DNA of 64,000 nt from assembly GCA_951406725.2 (NCBI GenBank), contig OX597826.1, positions 67,828,001 through 67,892,000 on the forward strand, read 5' to 3'. Position numbers and translations under genes: made by a program. This stretch comes from Octopus vulgaris (lineage: Eukaryota). Under the pieces are notes generated by a model that saw only the letters and a program-made list of their open reading frames with translations, was not told the origin of the DNA and did not search any database. Each line of letters begins with the position of its first letter. Within the stretch, counting starts at the first letter, position 1. Shown here one piece after another: positions 27,802 to 41,786 of this stretch.

Positions 27802-29418
27802 CATACAGACAAACCAAGATATATATATATGCGTGTGTTTATATATAAATGTATGTATATGAATAATAATAAATGCAATTGTATATAAACATATACATGG
27901 ATATGCAAACATGGCCACGTCGGAACATGCATTTTCTCTCGAATAACCACATGCAACAGAACAAGTACACGCACATCTACACATGCAGATATCTACATAC
28001 ATGCATATGTACACACGCACACACACATACATACACCAACACACACACACGCTTACACACACAAACACACACGCACATATGTATACATGTATATACACAT
28101 GTGCTATTTCGTATGAGCTGCAGTAACACACTTAACACAAATATTTTGAAAGGTGTGCAATGCTTTATAGATCTTATACACACATAGACACACACAGAGG
28201 CACACGCATGCACACACACATACACACACACACGTACACACACATACACAAAGCGCGAAGATACATGGACAGAAACGCTCGCACACACACATGCGTGCGC
28301 ACAAACGTACATACACTCACAAAAACACACTCACACACACACACAGAACGAAATACCTAACCTGGTAGCTTTCACACGTGATTGCTTGATTGCCAGGTAT
28401 CCTTTAGCTATTCAGGTTGTTGAATAGGAAATTAACTAATTTTAGTCTGTGTTTCGTGAGGATGGCAAATGTTGATTTAAGCTGAATTAACTCCGTTGCT
28501 AATGAATATTGTATTCACATGTTTGCGTTATTTGTAATGAATTTTTTTCATGTGGATAGCAAGTTTCAGTAATTAACCTCGCTTATTTATCTGTTTAAAA
28601 TCTGTTAATTTTATTGATTCTCGTCACTATTCCAGAAAAGAGCTATCACGTCTATATTTCGCTGAGAAGGTGTAATAATACCAAAACAAACATGGAATAG
28701 TTTTCCCCATTTTACTACCACGAAAAAATAATGCTTGTTCAGGTAATGTCTTATCCTCACCATACAATTACTTCGAATAAAACTTTCTGTGTCCAGTACA
28801 TTAAATATGGTGTCATTGACGTAATTCTTTGATATTTCTTTAAAATTTAACCCGTTTCGATCATTGCGGTCATGCTGAAAGCACAGTGATAAAGAAATAG
28901 TTAGACAAGTGACTTGACACTTGTACTTATTTTTGTACAGCCAAGTACTTATGGTGTAGGGCTCTCATTTGCTGAACCGCTGAGGATAGAAACACTCCAG
29001 CACCGGTTGTGAAGCGATAGAGAGGGACAAATATAGGCACAAATACACCCCCATACACACAGACATGCACACTCACGCACGCACCCAAGGTAGGCTTCTT
29101 AAGTTTCCGCCTACATAATCTCCTTGGTCGGCCCGTGGCTATGCATACCGTGCACACGTTTTCGGCCACCTCACATAAACCAATCAAGATACAGTGTCTT
29201 TAAAAAAATTATCTATACTCTTTTACTTGTTTCAGTCATTTAACTGCGTCCATGCTGGAGCACAGCCTTTAGTCGAGCAAATCGACCCCAGGACTTATTC
29301 TTTGTAAGCCTAGTACCTATTCTCTCGGTTCATTTTACTGAACCGCTAAGTTACGGGGACGCAAACACACCAGCATCGGTTGTCAAGCGATGTTGGGGGG
29401 ACAAACACAGATACACAA

Positions 29419-29475
<57 letters not shown>

Positions 29476-29501
29476 CTTTATTTTAAGCAGCAGAAAATTC
29501 A

Positions 29502-29553
29502 ACAAAATCTGTTACTCTGAGTTTCTCGTTGCCGTTCATCAGACAGTTTTTGC
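29502..29553 (-). ncRNA. Mirror-image hammerhead ribozyme (left arm of the perfect palindrome)
   Basis: Exact reverse complement of 29556-29607. Confidence 0.8.
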
Positions 29554-29555
29554 TA

Positions 29556-29607
29556 GCAAAAACTGTCTGATGAACGGCAACGAGAAACTCAGAGTAACAG
29601 ATTTTGT
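29556..29607 (+). ncRNA. Type I hammerhead ribozyme (right arm of the perfect palindrome)
   Basis: Stem I GCAAAAACTGT/ACAGATTTTGT; CTGATGA 29567-73; a-CG-GCAA-CG-a; GAAA 29584-87; CTC-a-GAG; GUA, cleavage after 29596. Confidence 0.8.
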
Positions 29608-31234
29608 TGAATTTTCTGCTGCTTAAAATAAAGCATATTACTCTACCACTGGTATTTGAGTACTCTTTTTCCACCTTGTTTCACATTTATGTGTTTACTC
29701 CGGTCTATATATATATATATATATATATACATATATGCGACGGGATTCTTTCAGTTTCCGTCTACCAAATCCACTCACAAGGCCCGAGGCTATAGTAGAA
29801 GACACTTGCCCAAAGTGCCAGGCTGTGGGACTGAACCCAATGGAAGTTTATTACAAAATGTTCATTTCAAGAAGCTACTGTGCATTGCTAATATTTTGTG
29901 TGACTTCCCTTAGCTTGAGCATGTCCATCGATGCGCCTGGAAGAAAATGCGTACAAATCCTTCACCATTCTTCACAGGTATGCGATGCCATTCTTTGTGG
30001 TCTTCTGGGAATATTCCGCTTGTTAGAATGCGAAATGTCCCACGATACATGACGAAAACAGGGAAGTTTGAGGGTAAGAATTTGATGACTCGGGGATTCA
30101 TAACAACGATGGTTCAAGAAAGCTGGTAAAAATTTAAGGTAACTTGAATAGCGCCAAATACATCTAGTTGCTGGCGAATATGCTGCTGCCACAGATTGCG
30201 TACAACGCAACAGACTCTGGCTGATGAAGGTGTTACAGTATTGAAAGATTGGTCAGCTCAGAGCCCTGACTTAAATGTGAACAGATACACAGAGAAATCT
30301 TCGTCTGAAGAATCCACGCAATTTTGAAGAGTTGTGGGAGCTCAGCTATAGAGAAAGTCATCTCATACCTGTTAAGATAGTGAAGGATTTGTACGCATCT
30401 CTTCGCAAGTGCATCGAAGCAATTATTCAAGCTAAGGGAAGCCGCACAAAATATTTACAATGTACAGTAAATTCTTGAAATGAATATTATGTAATAAATT
30501 TTCATTTTAGCTATTTTTCTGTTTTAAAATGCTTTATCTTCATTAGTTTATGTGAGGTGGCCGAAAACTTCTGCACGGCCAATTTTGGTGGTCGTCTCGC
30601 ATCATCCCCTCTCATTCAGAACCCCTACTACAAAATATAATGACTAGGTGTGGAAATGACTTCAACAGGGGTCACTGTTCCATCTATAAAAACCGCAATG
30701 CGCATCAGTCCGTTATAAGTTGGCAATTAGTAGAAATTTATAGCAGTTTATGCTGGCCGAAGACTTTAGCAGGGTACTGTAGTAGAAGAGTCTTGGCCAT
30801 TTAACCACACAGTGCGACTGAACCCGGAATAATATTATTTTGAGTGTGGCACGTGCCTGTATATTTGTGAGTATTTATAGTGCATTTTGTGTGTATATAT
30901 ATGTGCATTTTTGTGTATATATATGTGGAATTTTTGTGTATATATATGTTCATTTTTTGTGTATATATATGTGTATAAGTTTGTGGGAGTGTTTGTTTGT
31001 TTGTGTGTGTGTGTGTGTATTTGCATTTGTGGATATTAATTGCTTAATATCTAGACTTTCTTTGGCTCATTACATATGTCTAAGAACAAATTGATGTAAT
31101 CTTTATTAAAGAATTTCTTATTTCAATGGAGCAAGAAATATTTTATACAGTACTATCGAAAACTGCATGTCCCTCATGGAATTCCGACAACATAAGGCAG
31201 ACGTGGAGAAATAGGATGCTTGATATTATATTTA

Positions 31235-31290
<56 letters not shown>

Positions 31291-31356
31291 GTGTGTGTAT
31301 GTATATATGTATATATATATATATATTTTGTATATATGTATTTATATATATTTATA

Positions 31357-31725
31357 GGCGCATGTGTAGCTCTGTGGTAAGTAGCTTCCTTACCAACCAC
31401 ATAGTTCCGGGTTCTGTCCTACTGCGTGGCACCTTGGGCAAGTGTCTTCTACTATAGCCTCGGAGTGAATTTGGTAAGCGGAAAGAAACTGAAAGAAGCC
31501 CGTCGTGTATATATATATATATTTGTGCGGGGTTTTTGTGTGTCTGTGTTTGTCCCTTCCACCATCGCTGGTGTTTTTACGTTCCCGCAAACTAGCGGTT
31601 CGACAAAACAGAACGATAGAATAAATACTAGGCTAACAAAGAATAAGTCCTGGGTTAGAGTTGCTCGACTAAAGCCGGTGCCCCAGCATTGCCGCAGTCA
31701 AATGACTGGAACAAGTAAAAGAATA
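31357..31725 (+). mobile_element. SINE family B, full length
   Basis: Head GGCGCATGTGTAGCTCTGTGGTAAG, ACCTTGGGCAAGTGTCTT, internal (TA)n, tail ACAAGTAAAAGA. Confidence 0.9.
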
Positions 31726-33097
31726 TAATTCTATATGAATATAATAGCATTTCGCAAAACCCGTTGATGAAGATATTGGAAAATGGAAAATATATATTCC
31801 AAGACACGTAGAAGTAAGCTTTCATTCCCTGCCGCCATCGGATATGAATGTTGGTCGATGTTCTGAATGATATTATATTTCCACCTCGTTAGTTATTACA
31901 AAAGTGCATCGAGCAACCACACCTGACCTATGTCGATGCTTCATTGTTCAAATTAAAGCCTCCGATTTAATAAATCACGATGCGTTATAGAGAACTCAAT
32001 GATTCGGGCGTAAGTTTTGGGAAGTAATTAGAAAAGTTGGTTGAGTGATGAGTTACCGAATATTACAAAATCTTTATGTGATTATTTAAAAGTACATCTG
32101 ACTGTGGAGTGTGCTGTTGTCTATTTTCAATAAATGATAGTTTAAAAGAAGTTGATATAAATAGCCTTATATTCACTTATCATATACTTCCAAACAATTT
32201 CTTTCATTTACCTTAAAGATATACGCAAGAGTGCAAGTTATTCAATTACAATCATATTAACTGTAACTGAAACACATTCGTTTCTCTGATAAGAGCCCTC
32301 TTGTATTCAAGACCGTGATATTGTTTGCACGCATTGGAAAATATCTTCATCCTCTCCTGTATGAAACATCATCCATCTGTAATATTTTAGGATTCATACA
32401 AAATCTTTATAAACATTTCTCCTTTATCTTTCACGGCCTTGTGTAAATCCTAAAATAGCGGTGTGTGCTAAAACTTAAAAGGTAAAAAACAAAAATACCA
32501 TTCTTTAAATTCTTCTCAACATCGGTGAATGGAAACGAAAAAGATGTCGCTGTCGCTATTGTGATTCATAAATCATGGACAGCTTTCAGAAAAGATTCAA
32601 TGTCAATTATTGTCTCAAAGAGATATGAAATTCAATAACATTTATTTTCAAATTATGTAGTTTATCTGTACATTTTTCGTGGATTTAATGAGTGGATATT
32701 TTACTGAAGCCATGATAAGCAGTTGAAATGTTTTCAGTATGAAGTTGCATATAGTTCGAAGAAATTTGTGTGTAGTGTTGAGGTTTTTGTGATAATGAAA
32801 ACTGCGAGTGTAATTCCTCTTTTGCCAAAACGTTGAGTGAATTGTGAAGGTTAGGGATTTCAAAATGTCTGCTTATAGTAGAACAGTTGTGGGAAAAGAA
32901 CACATTCTTATAAACCGAATTCGATTTACAGACTCTTGTAAATTTGATTTAAAGGAAGAAGCAAATAGAGCCAAAGTTGATATTCATATGGAATATGGAG
33001 AAGATATGGGATATGTTTTAGTTTTTACTTCTGACAGTGAATAAACTGCTGTAATGCTGAAATACAGCCTCGAAAGGCTTTACATCAAGAAATCTAT

Positions 33098-33184
<87 letters not shown>

Positions 33185-33428
33185 AATATAAATGTACGTG
33201 TATGCGTATATATATATATATATAACAATACAAATGTATTACTTCCCAGTAAAAGAAAGCCCCACAAGAGTAGAATTATATATATAATAACAGATAAGAG
33301 GTAAGACAAATTTTTCATGTTTGTTGCACAAACATGTCTTTGCTAGTAAATACGCAGTGAAGCAATACAATAGCGTCGTATTTGTACAGATTGCTATTTT
33401 CCAGTAAATATTGTACCACTTATCTGTT

Positions 33429-33528
<100 letters not shown>

Positions 33529-33545
33529 TATATATATATATATAT

Positions 33546-33663
33546 ATCACAATCAAGGAACGGCCATAATAAGGCCATTCACCCACTAGAAATAACAGCC
33601 AAAGCTTCAACCGCAAAATAACATTAATTCCGCAAACCAGGAGGAAATTAAAAAAAAACATTT
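33546..33663 (-). mobile_element. 3' terminal fragment of the 24724-25310 HHR element, embedded in (TA)n
   Basis: Near-identical to 24724-24838. Confidence 0.9.
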
Positions 33664-34699
33664 TATATATATATATATATGTTCAGAAGGCATTGGTCAG
33701 CCTGGGAATGTAAAAGAAGACACTAAACCAGTGTTCTGCGCAGTGGAAGTGAACCCGAGGCCGCCTGATTACAAACCGAGCTCCTTAACAAACACAACTG
33801 TGCCAACGCCTACAAACCAATATAAACATTTTGAAAACAGTTACAACACAACATACACAAAGGTAAAAGGAAAGTGAAAGGAAAGCGAAAAAGGAGAGGA
33901 AAGGAAATGAAAGTTGTATTTATAATCCGTTTAAATATTGAACTTTGCCCACAAATCTACTTTCGTTAATCACTCATGATTCAGAAAACCAGAGCAAGTT
34001 TAAATAATAGATTATAGAATATACATATCACCCAATCACGTTACATTTGCTGATTTTCTATGGTGTTCTTATTTATAAAATGCTATTTTATTAAACTTTT
34101 ACCTCATTAAGAAGAATAATTGTTTCCAGCATCACGAATATTTATTGAGCAAAAACACCTAAGCTCCATGAGGCCTCGGCGGGGAGGAGTGGCGAACCCC
34201 GCTGTACTCTTTCACCACAACTTTCTCCCACTCTTTCTTCCTACTTCTGCCACAAAGCAGAGGAACCATGGTGTAACCCACCATGGTGTGGAAAAGCTTT
34301 CAAGCCCTAGTCTAGATTGCGATTCCTCTGTACCCCAGGATGGTTCAGCTCTCCACCCGTTAAAAGACACCGTTTATGGAATGAGGATAACAACGTAGGT
34401 TTCGCGCCCGTGCAAACCGCCAGCCTATCGCGTGTGGTGGGTGGATCTTCAAGCTGCCACACGCATTCTTAGTAGCTTAGAGTAGGCACGAATAAGAGAT
34501 TATTCTTTGTGGCTAATGATGTGAGTCCTGATTGGAAGGAGAAGAAAAAACATCAACAACAAACCTATTGATAATAATTGTTTCAAGTTTTTGACACAAG
34601 ATCAGTAGTTAAGTGAAATTGGTTAGTCGATTAAATTGACCTTAGGGCTCCGATATTAATTATTCTATCGGATCCAAAATGAAGAGAGACGAAGACGAA

Positions 34700-35342
34700 A
34701 TGTGTGTAGTAGTGGTAGTGCTTCTGAAAGACTTCAGCAGAAACAGTACAAGAGTAGACACGACAAGGTAGCCCAAAACCTTCACTGGCTTTTGTGCCAG
34801 AAGTATGGATAGGAGGTAACGGGTTCTTGGTACCAACATACACCGGAAAATGCAATGGACGAAAAGGAGGAGGTGAAAATCTTCTGGGAATTTTGACTTC
34901 TAGACAGACAATGCGTTAGAGCAACGGGGGCCGGATATAAGAACCTTTAGGAGCGACAAACAAGAATGCCTAATAATGGAGGTGGCAGTACCAGGAGATC
35001 ATCGAATTATAATGTAGGAAAGAGAAAAGATTGGTAACTATGGTGACCTGAGAATTAAGATGGTTAGGATGTGTCGGCCACGTGAGTCAAGCATAATGGT
35101 GGTTTCAATTGTCAGAGGAGCATCGGGTTTAATGCAACCCTACATGAAAAAACATCTGGAAACTTTAGAAATACCCTACAATCTGGATGTAGTTCAAGAA
35201 CCTGCATTACTTGGAACTACAAGCATATTAAAGCGTAAAGTACTGTCTGTCTATATTGTGACATAACAGGCAGTAAAAACCACCGGTAGACACGATATAT
35301 TAAAACAAAAACGTTATGATATTAGATACTGTAGTACGTCTT
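34700..35342 (+). mobile_element. R4/Dong-like element 3' end (restriction-like endonuclease) followed by (TAA)n
   Basis: QYKSRHDKVAQNLHWLLCQKYG...WYQHTPE...KIFW...GPDI...LIMEVAVPGD...EKIGNYGDL...ALLGTTSIL; (TAA)n at 35343-35446. Confidence 0.88.
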
Positions 35343-35354
35343 AAATAATAATAA

Positions 35355-35447
<93 letters not shown>

Positions 35448-35536
35448 AACATTAATAATCATCCAGCAAACATAGGCAAGTAAGTTTACTTAGTGATTTC
35501 ATCTCTTTCCTCCTCTCACTCGCTCATTTTATAAGC

Positions 35537-35592
<56 letters not shown>

Positions 35593-36550
35593 GTGTGTTT
35601 TGTGTGTGTGTGTGTGTGTGTGTGTGAGTTTATATATATGTATGTATATGTATAGATATATACATACTAAATACATATATATATATATATACCCATAAAT
35701 GTATATGCATATGCATATGCATATATATATATAGGTATATATACATATATGTATGTATATATATATGTATCTATCTATATATATTTATATATACATACAT
35801 ATATATAATGTATATAATATATATATATATATGTATGTATGTATGTATAATGTATATATATCATTAAGCCAGTAGATAGCCAGGTAATAACGTGATACAA
35901 AACAGAAATGATAGCCACACCAATTACAAGAAATTTAAATAATCATGACATATATACACCCATACACACTCAGATTCCATAAACCCGTGCACACATGCAC
36001 ACTTATACATACAGAAATATTCACACACACAGACGCACACACACGTACATACATATATGAATAAATATGTGTATATGTATACACAATTACGCACACGCAT
36101 GCAAACATATATACATATATATAGTTTTGCATACTCGCAGATAAACACACGTCATCCTATATTGTCAAATTATATTCTATTACAACATATCACATCGTAT
36201 TACATTATAACATTATATTACATTATATTATATTGCACAATTTTCGATTATCAAATGCTAGCGCGTGGATAGCAAATATTAAAAGATATGAGCTGAGGAG
36301 ATTGGTATAAACGACAAGAAACGAAAGCAAATATAAAACCATATCAATACCAAATACAAAATAATCTTCCAGACTTGTTTCTGTCTATTTCACATTTACA
36401 AATAGACATCATCTTCTTGTTTACTAAAGCTGTTGTTTGAGCATTGGATAAGCCGGATCGGTAAAGCGGTGCGCAGAGTATGCTGCGGTATTTATGGTGT
36501 GAGTTCAAGTTACAGCGTATTCTACGCCACATTTCATCGTTGAGTGGTCT

Positions 36551-37348
36551 TTAAACCTTTTGTTACCGTATTTCTGTTGAGATGCTTCGTGTTTCTTTGA
36601 ATTAATTTTAAATATAGCAAAGAATTTAGTAAAATATTGGGTTGTCTGGAAAGTTCTTGTCGATTTTTAAAGGAAAGAAAAAGGTCAATAAATACTTGCC
36701 ATTACATTTTTAATCAACCAAATATGAACCATTTTGTTGCACAATGCGTCTCCATCTTTCCTTTAACTTGAAAATACCCTCTTCCCAGAATTGAGGTGGT
36801 TTCATGGCAAATAATTCATCAAGGTATCTTTTTACGTCATCCAAGGAATTGAAAATTTTACCATTAAGACTATTCTGCAGAGACATGAATAAGTGGAAAT
36901 CCGAAGGAGCAATATCTGGTGAATATGGAGGCTGCGGTAACACATCCCAGCCGAACTGCCGCAATTTTAGTCTAGTTCCCAAAGTATCAAGTGCCGAAAA
37001 TGAACTTTCTTATATTCCATTTTAAAGGGTTACAGAATTAACACAGGTTATAGGAACATAAACCTTCTTCCACGAAAAAACAGCTTATACTGTGCTCTAA
37101 ATGAAGGTGTAGTCAAATCCTATTTTATGGACTCAACCATGTTCTGAAATAAGTCGAAATTTAAGCCACTATAAATCGGCACGAACTTTCCGGACAACTC
37201 AATAGCATAGTTATTATTAAGCTAGTGTTACGGACATAAATTGTGACTAAGGTTTGGTGGAAGATTTTAATTCAGAATTTTTGAAAACCAGCCATTTTTA
37301 CTACAGAGCCAGAAGCATCTTCAGACGGAATGACACCAAAGGGGTTAA
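36551..37348. mobile_element. piggyBac-like (TTAA) MITE interrupted by a mariner element
   Basis: TTAA-ACCTTTTGTTACC ... ACACCAAAGGGG-TTAA. Confidence 0.6.
36635..37204 (-). mobile_element. Internally deleted mariner with both TIRs and TA TSD
   Basis: TIRs TTGGGTTGTCTGGAAAGTTC / GAACTTTCCGGACAACTCAA. The N-terminus MEYKKVHFRHL is joined directly to GWDVLPQPPYSPDIAPSDFHLF...QNGSYLVD. Confidence 0.93.
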
Positions 37349-39084
37349 AATATATCAGTTTTGCATTGACATCATTTGATCGACTATAGTATGAAAATTG
37401 GTAGATTCTTCAGACTATTAGTAAAACATTGCCGAGATTGTCTTTAACCTTTCCGTGTTGGAGATTTTTGGAATGAAGGCTAAAATTAACTTCCATAAAA
37501 GTTGGAGGGTAAAAGTTATATGCTGAGACTGATATTGTATTTCTTATAAAGCGCCCGTAGTTTGAATACAAAATCTGGGAGTGATATCTTATCTACTACC
37601 GGTACAAGACCTGTAATCTTGGAGTAGGTGGTTCGACGATTACATCGATCACAATGCAAAGCAGGTATATATTTATTTCATTGACCCAGAAAGGATAAAA
37701 TGTAAAGTCAACTTCGACGAAATTTGAACCCAAAATATAAAGATGAACGAAAAGCCGCTATGCATTTTCTCCGGTGTGCTAACGACTCTGCCAGCTTGCC
37801 GACTCAACACTTAGAGTAATGACACCATCCAAAATATATCATAGATTGATAATCTGTTGGGTTGCGGGATGATGTAGTGGTATTATGGATAAACTGTCAA
37901 AGACAACGTACGCCATTACAGTTTAAGGTTCGTTAACGTTACTAGTTTCCTCTTTAACCCTCTTTATTCTCTCGTGTTACCGGTTCAGGAGTGGAGTCAA
38001 TGAAATCGACTGTATCCATCAGCCAATATATGTGTGTGGCCTTGTGTCTATATATGGGGATGCCTGAATGTTGTAGTATTGTAGGGAAATAATATTGTTC
38101 CTAAATAAACAGTATGCGCATGGAAATGTATAACATATACATATGCATATTTACGCAGCGACTGCGAAGGCAAACAAAAACGAACACACACATACACGCA
38201 CACACATGTATAAAAGGTGGCGCAATGTAGGTGTACAGTTAGAAATAATAAAACACGTATAATAATCGTTTATTTTGGATCTTTTCCCTTTGAACGGCAG
38301 ATCGAAAAATTAATTTTTTTGTAACTAAACACTTTGAAACTTCTGACACTGGTAGAATTTGTCATATAAAACATCTTTTTCTCTTAGCGTTTTGGAGAAA
38401 AGTTTATATTTACGAAGTAATTTCGTGTTAAAGTTGTCGTATTTACGATAAACTAAGTACCAGTTGCTTCCTGAGGTCAATCTAATCGACTGGCCCCCTC
38501 CCCCTAAAAATTTCGGGGCCTTGTGCCTTGAGTAGAAAAGAATATTTCTGTCTGTTCTCGTTGTCTGTCTTCGTTTTATATGCATCTGCTCATGTCCTTT
38601 TGTTTACGTTTGCATTTTTTTCTTGTTTACTAGGGCTATTCTTGTTTACTACATGCTATTCATCAAATATGATTTGAGCCAAAGCCTATGACACTGGCTT
38701 AAATGTATTACCAAAATACTAAACATACAAAAACAGCAAACACAACTACACATCCCTATTCAGAATAGCAATCAAATACAATACGTTTTTATAGTATAAA
38801 TTCATATCACTGTCAGCCACCATTCATTTAAAGGAAGATGCTTTCATGCGTTCCGTTCTCTGTGTATTTAATTCTCTTGACCCGGTGCAGTTGATAGAAA
38901 GCTTTTACGGGAACTTGACAATTACTACACACATGAAGAAGTGCTTTGTTGCATAAGGCTTACAAGACTACCTAAGTATGAATATATTCGAGAAGCATTG
39001 TTCATGTTGATTCATTTTCCATAGACATTGATCATAGACTCACCTACTTTCTGACGATTAGTTGAGTACTCTTAGTGAATAAGT

Positions 39085-39335
39085 ACCTCCTCCCATTTTT
39101 CCTCCTCCTCCTCCTCCTTCTTTTCATTTGTTTCCTTTCTCATCCCATCCTCTTGTTCTTTTCCTGTTCCTCCTCCTTTTCTTCTATATCTTCATCTTCA
39201 TTACTTCCTCCTCCTGCTCCTCCTTTTTCTCCACCCCTCCTCCTCCTTCTTCTTCTTCTTCTTTTTCTCCTTCTGCTTATTCTTCTCTTTCTTCTTCTTC
39301 TTCTTCTTCTTCTTCTTCTTCTTCTTCTCCTTCTG
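39085..39335. repeat. (TCC)n/(TCT)n polypyrimidine tract
   Basis: Direct read. Confidence 0.9.
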
Positions 39336-39425
39336 GCCATTCTTTGAAAACAACCCCATTTTATGTGAGTTTGTGTGAGAGGTGGTTGGTATGTGTGCGT
39401 GTGTGTGTGTGTAGTGTTTGGTGTC

Positions 39426-39458
<33 letters not shown>

Positions 39459-39828
39459 CGCGTGCGTTTTGTGCGTGCACTTGTAGCATCTCTCATATTT
39501 CACTAACACTAACTTAATATTTTTAACCTATTTTTATTTTGAAAATATATTTTGTTTCGAAGATTACTCCACTTATAATTAATTTCACACCTTCGATTGA
39601 TCGTGCCTTCCAATTAATTAACAATATTTAACATGCATTAATTTTTTCCATACGTACATGTCATCATACATTCTATTCCACGTATCTATTCCACCTTGCT
39701 TCTCATTCTTCTTTACGTTCTTGTTTTATTTATACCATAGTATATAAAAAGATTAATACCTTTCTTAATTTCTCACAAATTGAATTATTTTCTTTTACTT
39801 ACTTCTATGTTAATATAATTAATCCTAA

Positions 39829-40465
39829 GGCGGCGAGCAGGCAGAAACGTTAGCACGCCGGGCGAAATGACTAGCAGTATTTCGTCTGTCTTTATGCTCT
39901 AAGTTCAAATTCCGCCGAGGTCGACTTTGCCTTTCATCCTTTCGGGGTCGATAAATTAATTACCAGTTACGCACTGGAGGTCGATATAATCGACTTAATC
40001 CGTTTGTCTGTTCTTGTTTGTCCCTTCTGTGTTTAGCCCCTTGTGGGCAGTAAAGAAATCGGTATTTCGTCTATTTTTACATTCTGAATTCAAAATCCGC
40101 AGAGGTCGACTTTGCCTTTCATCATTTCGGAGTCGATAAATTAAGTACCAGTTTCATACTGGGGTCGATCTAATCGACTGTCCCCCCCTCCTCCCCCAAA
40201 AATTCAGGCCTTGTGCCTAGAGTAGAAAACAATATCATTAGTCCTAAAGCGGCGAGCTGGCAGAAACGTTAGCACACCGGGTGAAATGCCTAGCAGTATT
40301 TCGTCTGTCTTTACGTTCCGAGTTCAGATTCCGCCGAAGTCGACTATGCTTTTTATCATTTCGCGGTCGGTAATTTAAGTTCCAGTTACATACTAGAGTC
40401 GATCTAATCGATTGCCCCACCTCCCCCAAAATTTCGGGCCTTGTGCCTAGAATAGAAAAGAATAT
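39829..40465 (+). mobile_element. Two adjacent SINE family A copies (dimer 39829-40230, monomer 40248-40465)
   Basis: Heads GGCGGCGAGCAGGCAGAAACG and AGCGGCGAGCTGGCAGAAACG; tails CCTTGTGCCTAGA.TAGAAAA. Confidence 0.9.
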
Positions 40466-41252
40466 AAGTAGTCCTCGAATTGAAGTATGGATCCTCTTCA
40501 TATTTACCAGCACATTTCTTCAAAAGCTGAAACATTATCTGCAATAAAAATGAATTTAACCGAGAGGTCCCTTATCTTCTACTCTTTTTCTTATATTTAC
40601 AAATCTCATGTGTTTCGAAAGTCCATAAATTGTACGCACTGCCCCAAAAGCCTACTTCTTTTGAAAAGATTATATAGTGCGAAACATATGGCTAAGTATA
40701 ACGAATCGCGTTTATGTAACAGCCACATATACACACGAAAGCACAAAACACACACACACAAGCAATCATTTATACATATATATATATATGGACACAAATA
40801 CACTTAGGAATTTTAGATTTGACGTATCCTCATTTGCTTGAAGTCTTTATGTTCCATTTTAATGTAATTATATTATCAAAATGGCCTATTTCAACCGAAT
40901 CAATCTTTTCCTTGCTCCACTGCCCTTCAATGAATTCTATTGTGGCCCATTTACTAGTCAACACCTAACCTTACGTTCCACTTTCTAACCTATAGCTATC
41001 CTTATCATTTCACTTACATTTTCTCTAACATGATATAGTATCACTTTCACCTCCAACGTTCCCCGCTTATATCAACATTTTCTACTTCCATCCTCTGTTT
41101 TAAGACAGTTTTACATTCTTAATATCTTATTCAAGCTTTTCTGCAATTCGTTTGGTCACAAGTACTTTTCTCTACACAGGTCTAATCGTATCTCCCCAGA
41201 TGTCACACCATACACCCACAGATATTCCGCATGTATATACATACATACATAT

Positions 41253-41311
<59 letters not shown>

Positions 41312-41322
41312 CATATACATAC

Positions 41323-41373
<51 letters not shown>

Positions 41374-41456
41374 TGGGTGTGTATATGCATGTATATATAT
41401 ATATATGTATACATATATATATACACATATATATATATATACACATATATATATAT

Positions 41457-41506
<50 letters not shown>

Positions 41507-41509
41507 TGT

Positions 41510-41725
41510 GGAGGCGCAATGGCCTAGTGGTTAGGGCAGCGGACTCGCGGTCGCAGGATCGCGGTTTCGATTCTCAGACCGGGCGTTGTGTGTGTTTATT
41601 GAGCGAAAAAACACCTAAAAGCTCTACGAGGCTCCGGCAGGGGGTGGTGATCCCTGCTGTACTCTTTCACCACAATGGCGGTGCCCCAGCATGGCCACAG
41701 CTCAAAAGCTGAAACTGGAAAAACA
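41510..41725 (+). mobile_element. SINE family C (tRNA-Arg-like head) with a LINE-type tail
   Basis: GGCGCAATGGCCTAGTGGTTAGGGCAGCGGACTCGCGGTC...GGTTTCGATTC (A and B boxes); tail GGCGGTGCCCCAGCATGGCCACAGCT, then poly-A. Confidence 0.85.
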
Positions 41726-41729
41726 AAAA

Positions 41730-41786
<57 letters not shown>

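Larger units (their letters stand above)
29216..29838 (-). mobile_element. SINE family B whose internal (TA)n carries a nested palindromic HHR element
   Basis: Tail at 29216-29420 and head part at 29735-29838 surround the insertion at 29476-29705. Confidence 0.88.
29148..30578 (+). mobile_element. Non-autonomous Tc1 element whose long inverted arms include the transposase C-terminus; SINE nested in the left arm
   Basis: TIRs CCGTGCACACGTTTTCGGCCACCTCAC / GTGAGGTGGCCGAAAACTTCTGCACGG. WSAQSPDLN...NPRNFEELWE...IPVKIVKDLYASLRKCIEAIIQAKGSRTKY at about 30250-30455, with an inverted copy at about 29860-30010. Confidence 0.85.

Noticed and set aside
29390-29674. Identical peptides encoded on both strands (ILSSRKFNKICYSEF...)
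   Set aside because: A trivial consequence of the perfect DNA palindrome.
41510-41585. tRNA-Arg(TCG)-like gene
   Set aside because: It has A and B boxes but no proper cloverleaf, and it continues into a SINE body shared with 59484 and 34140.
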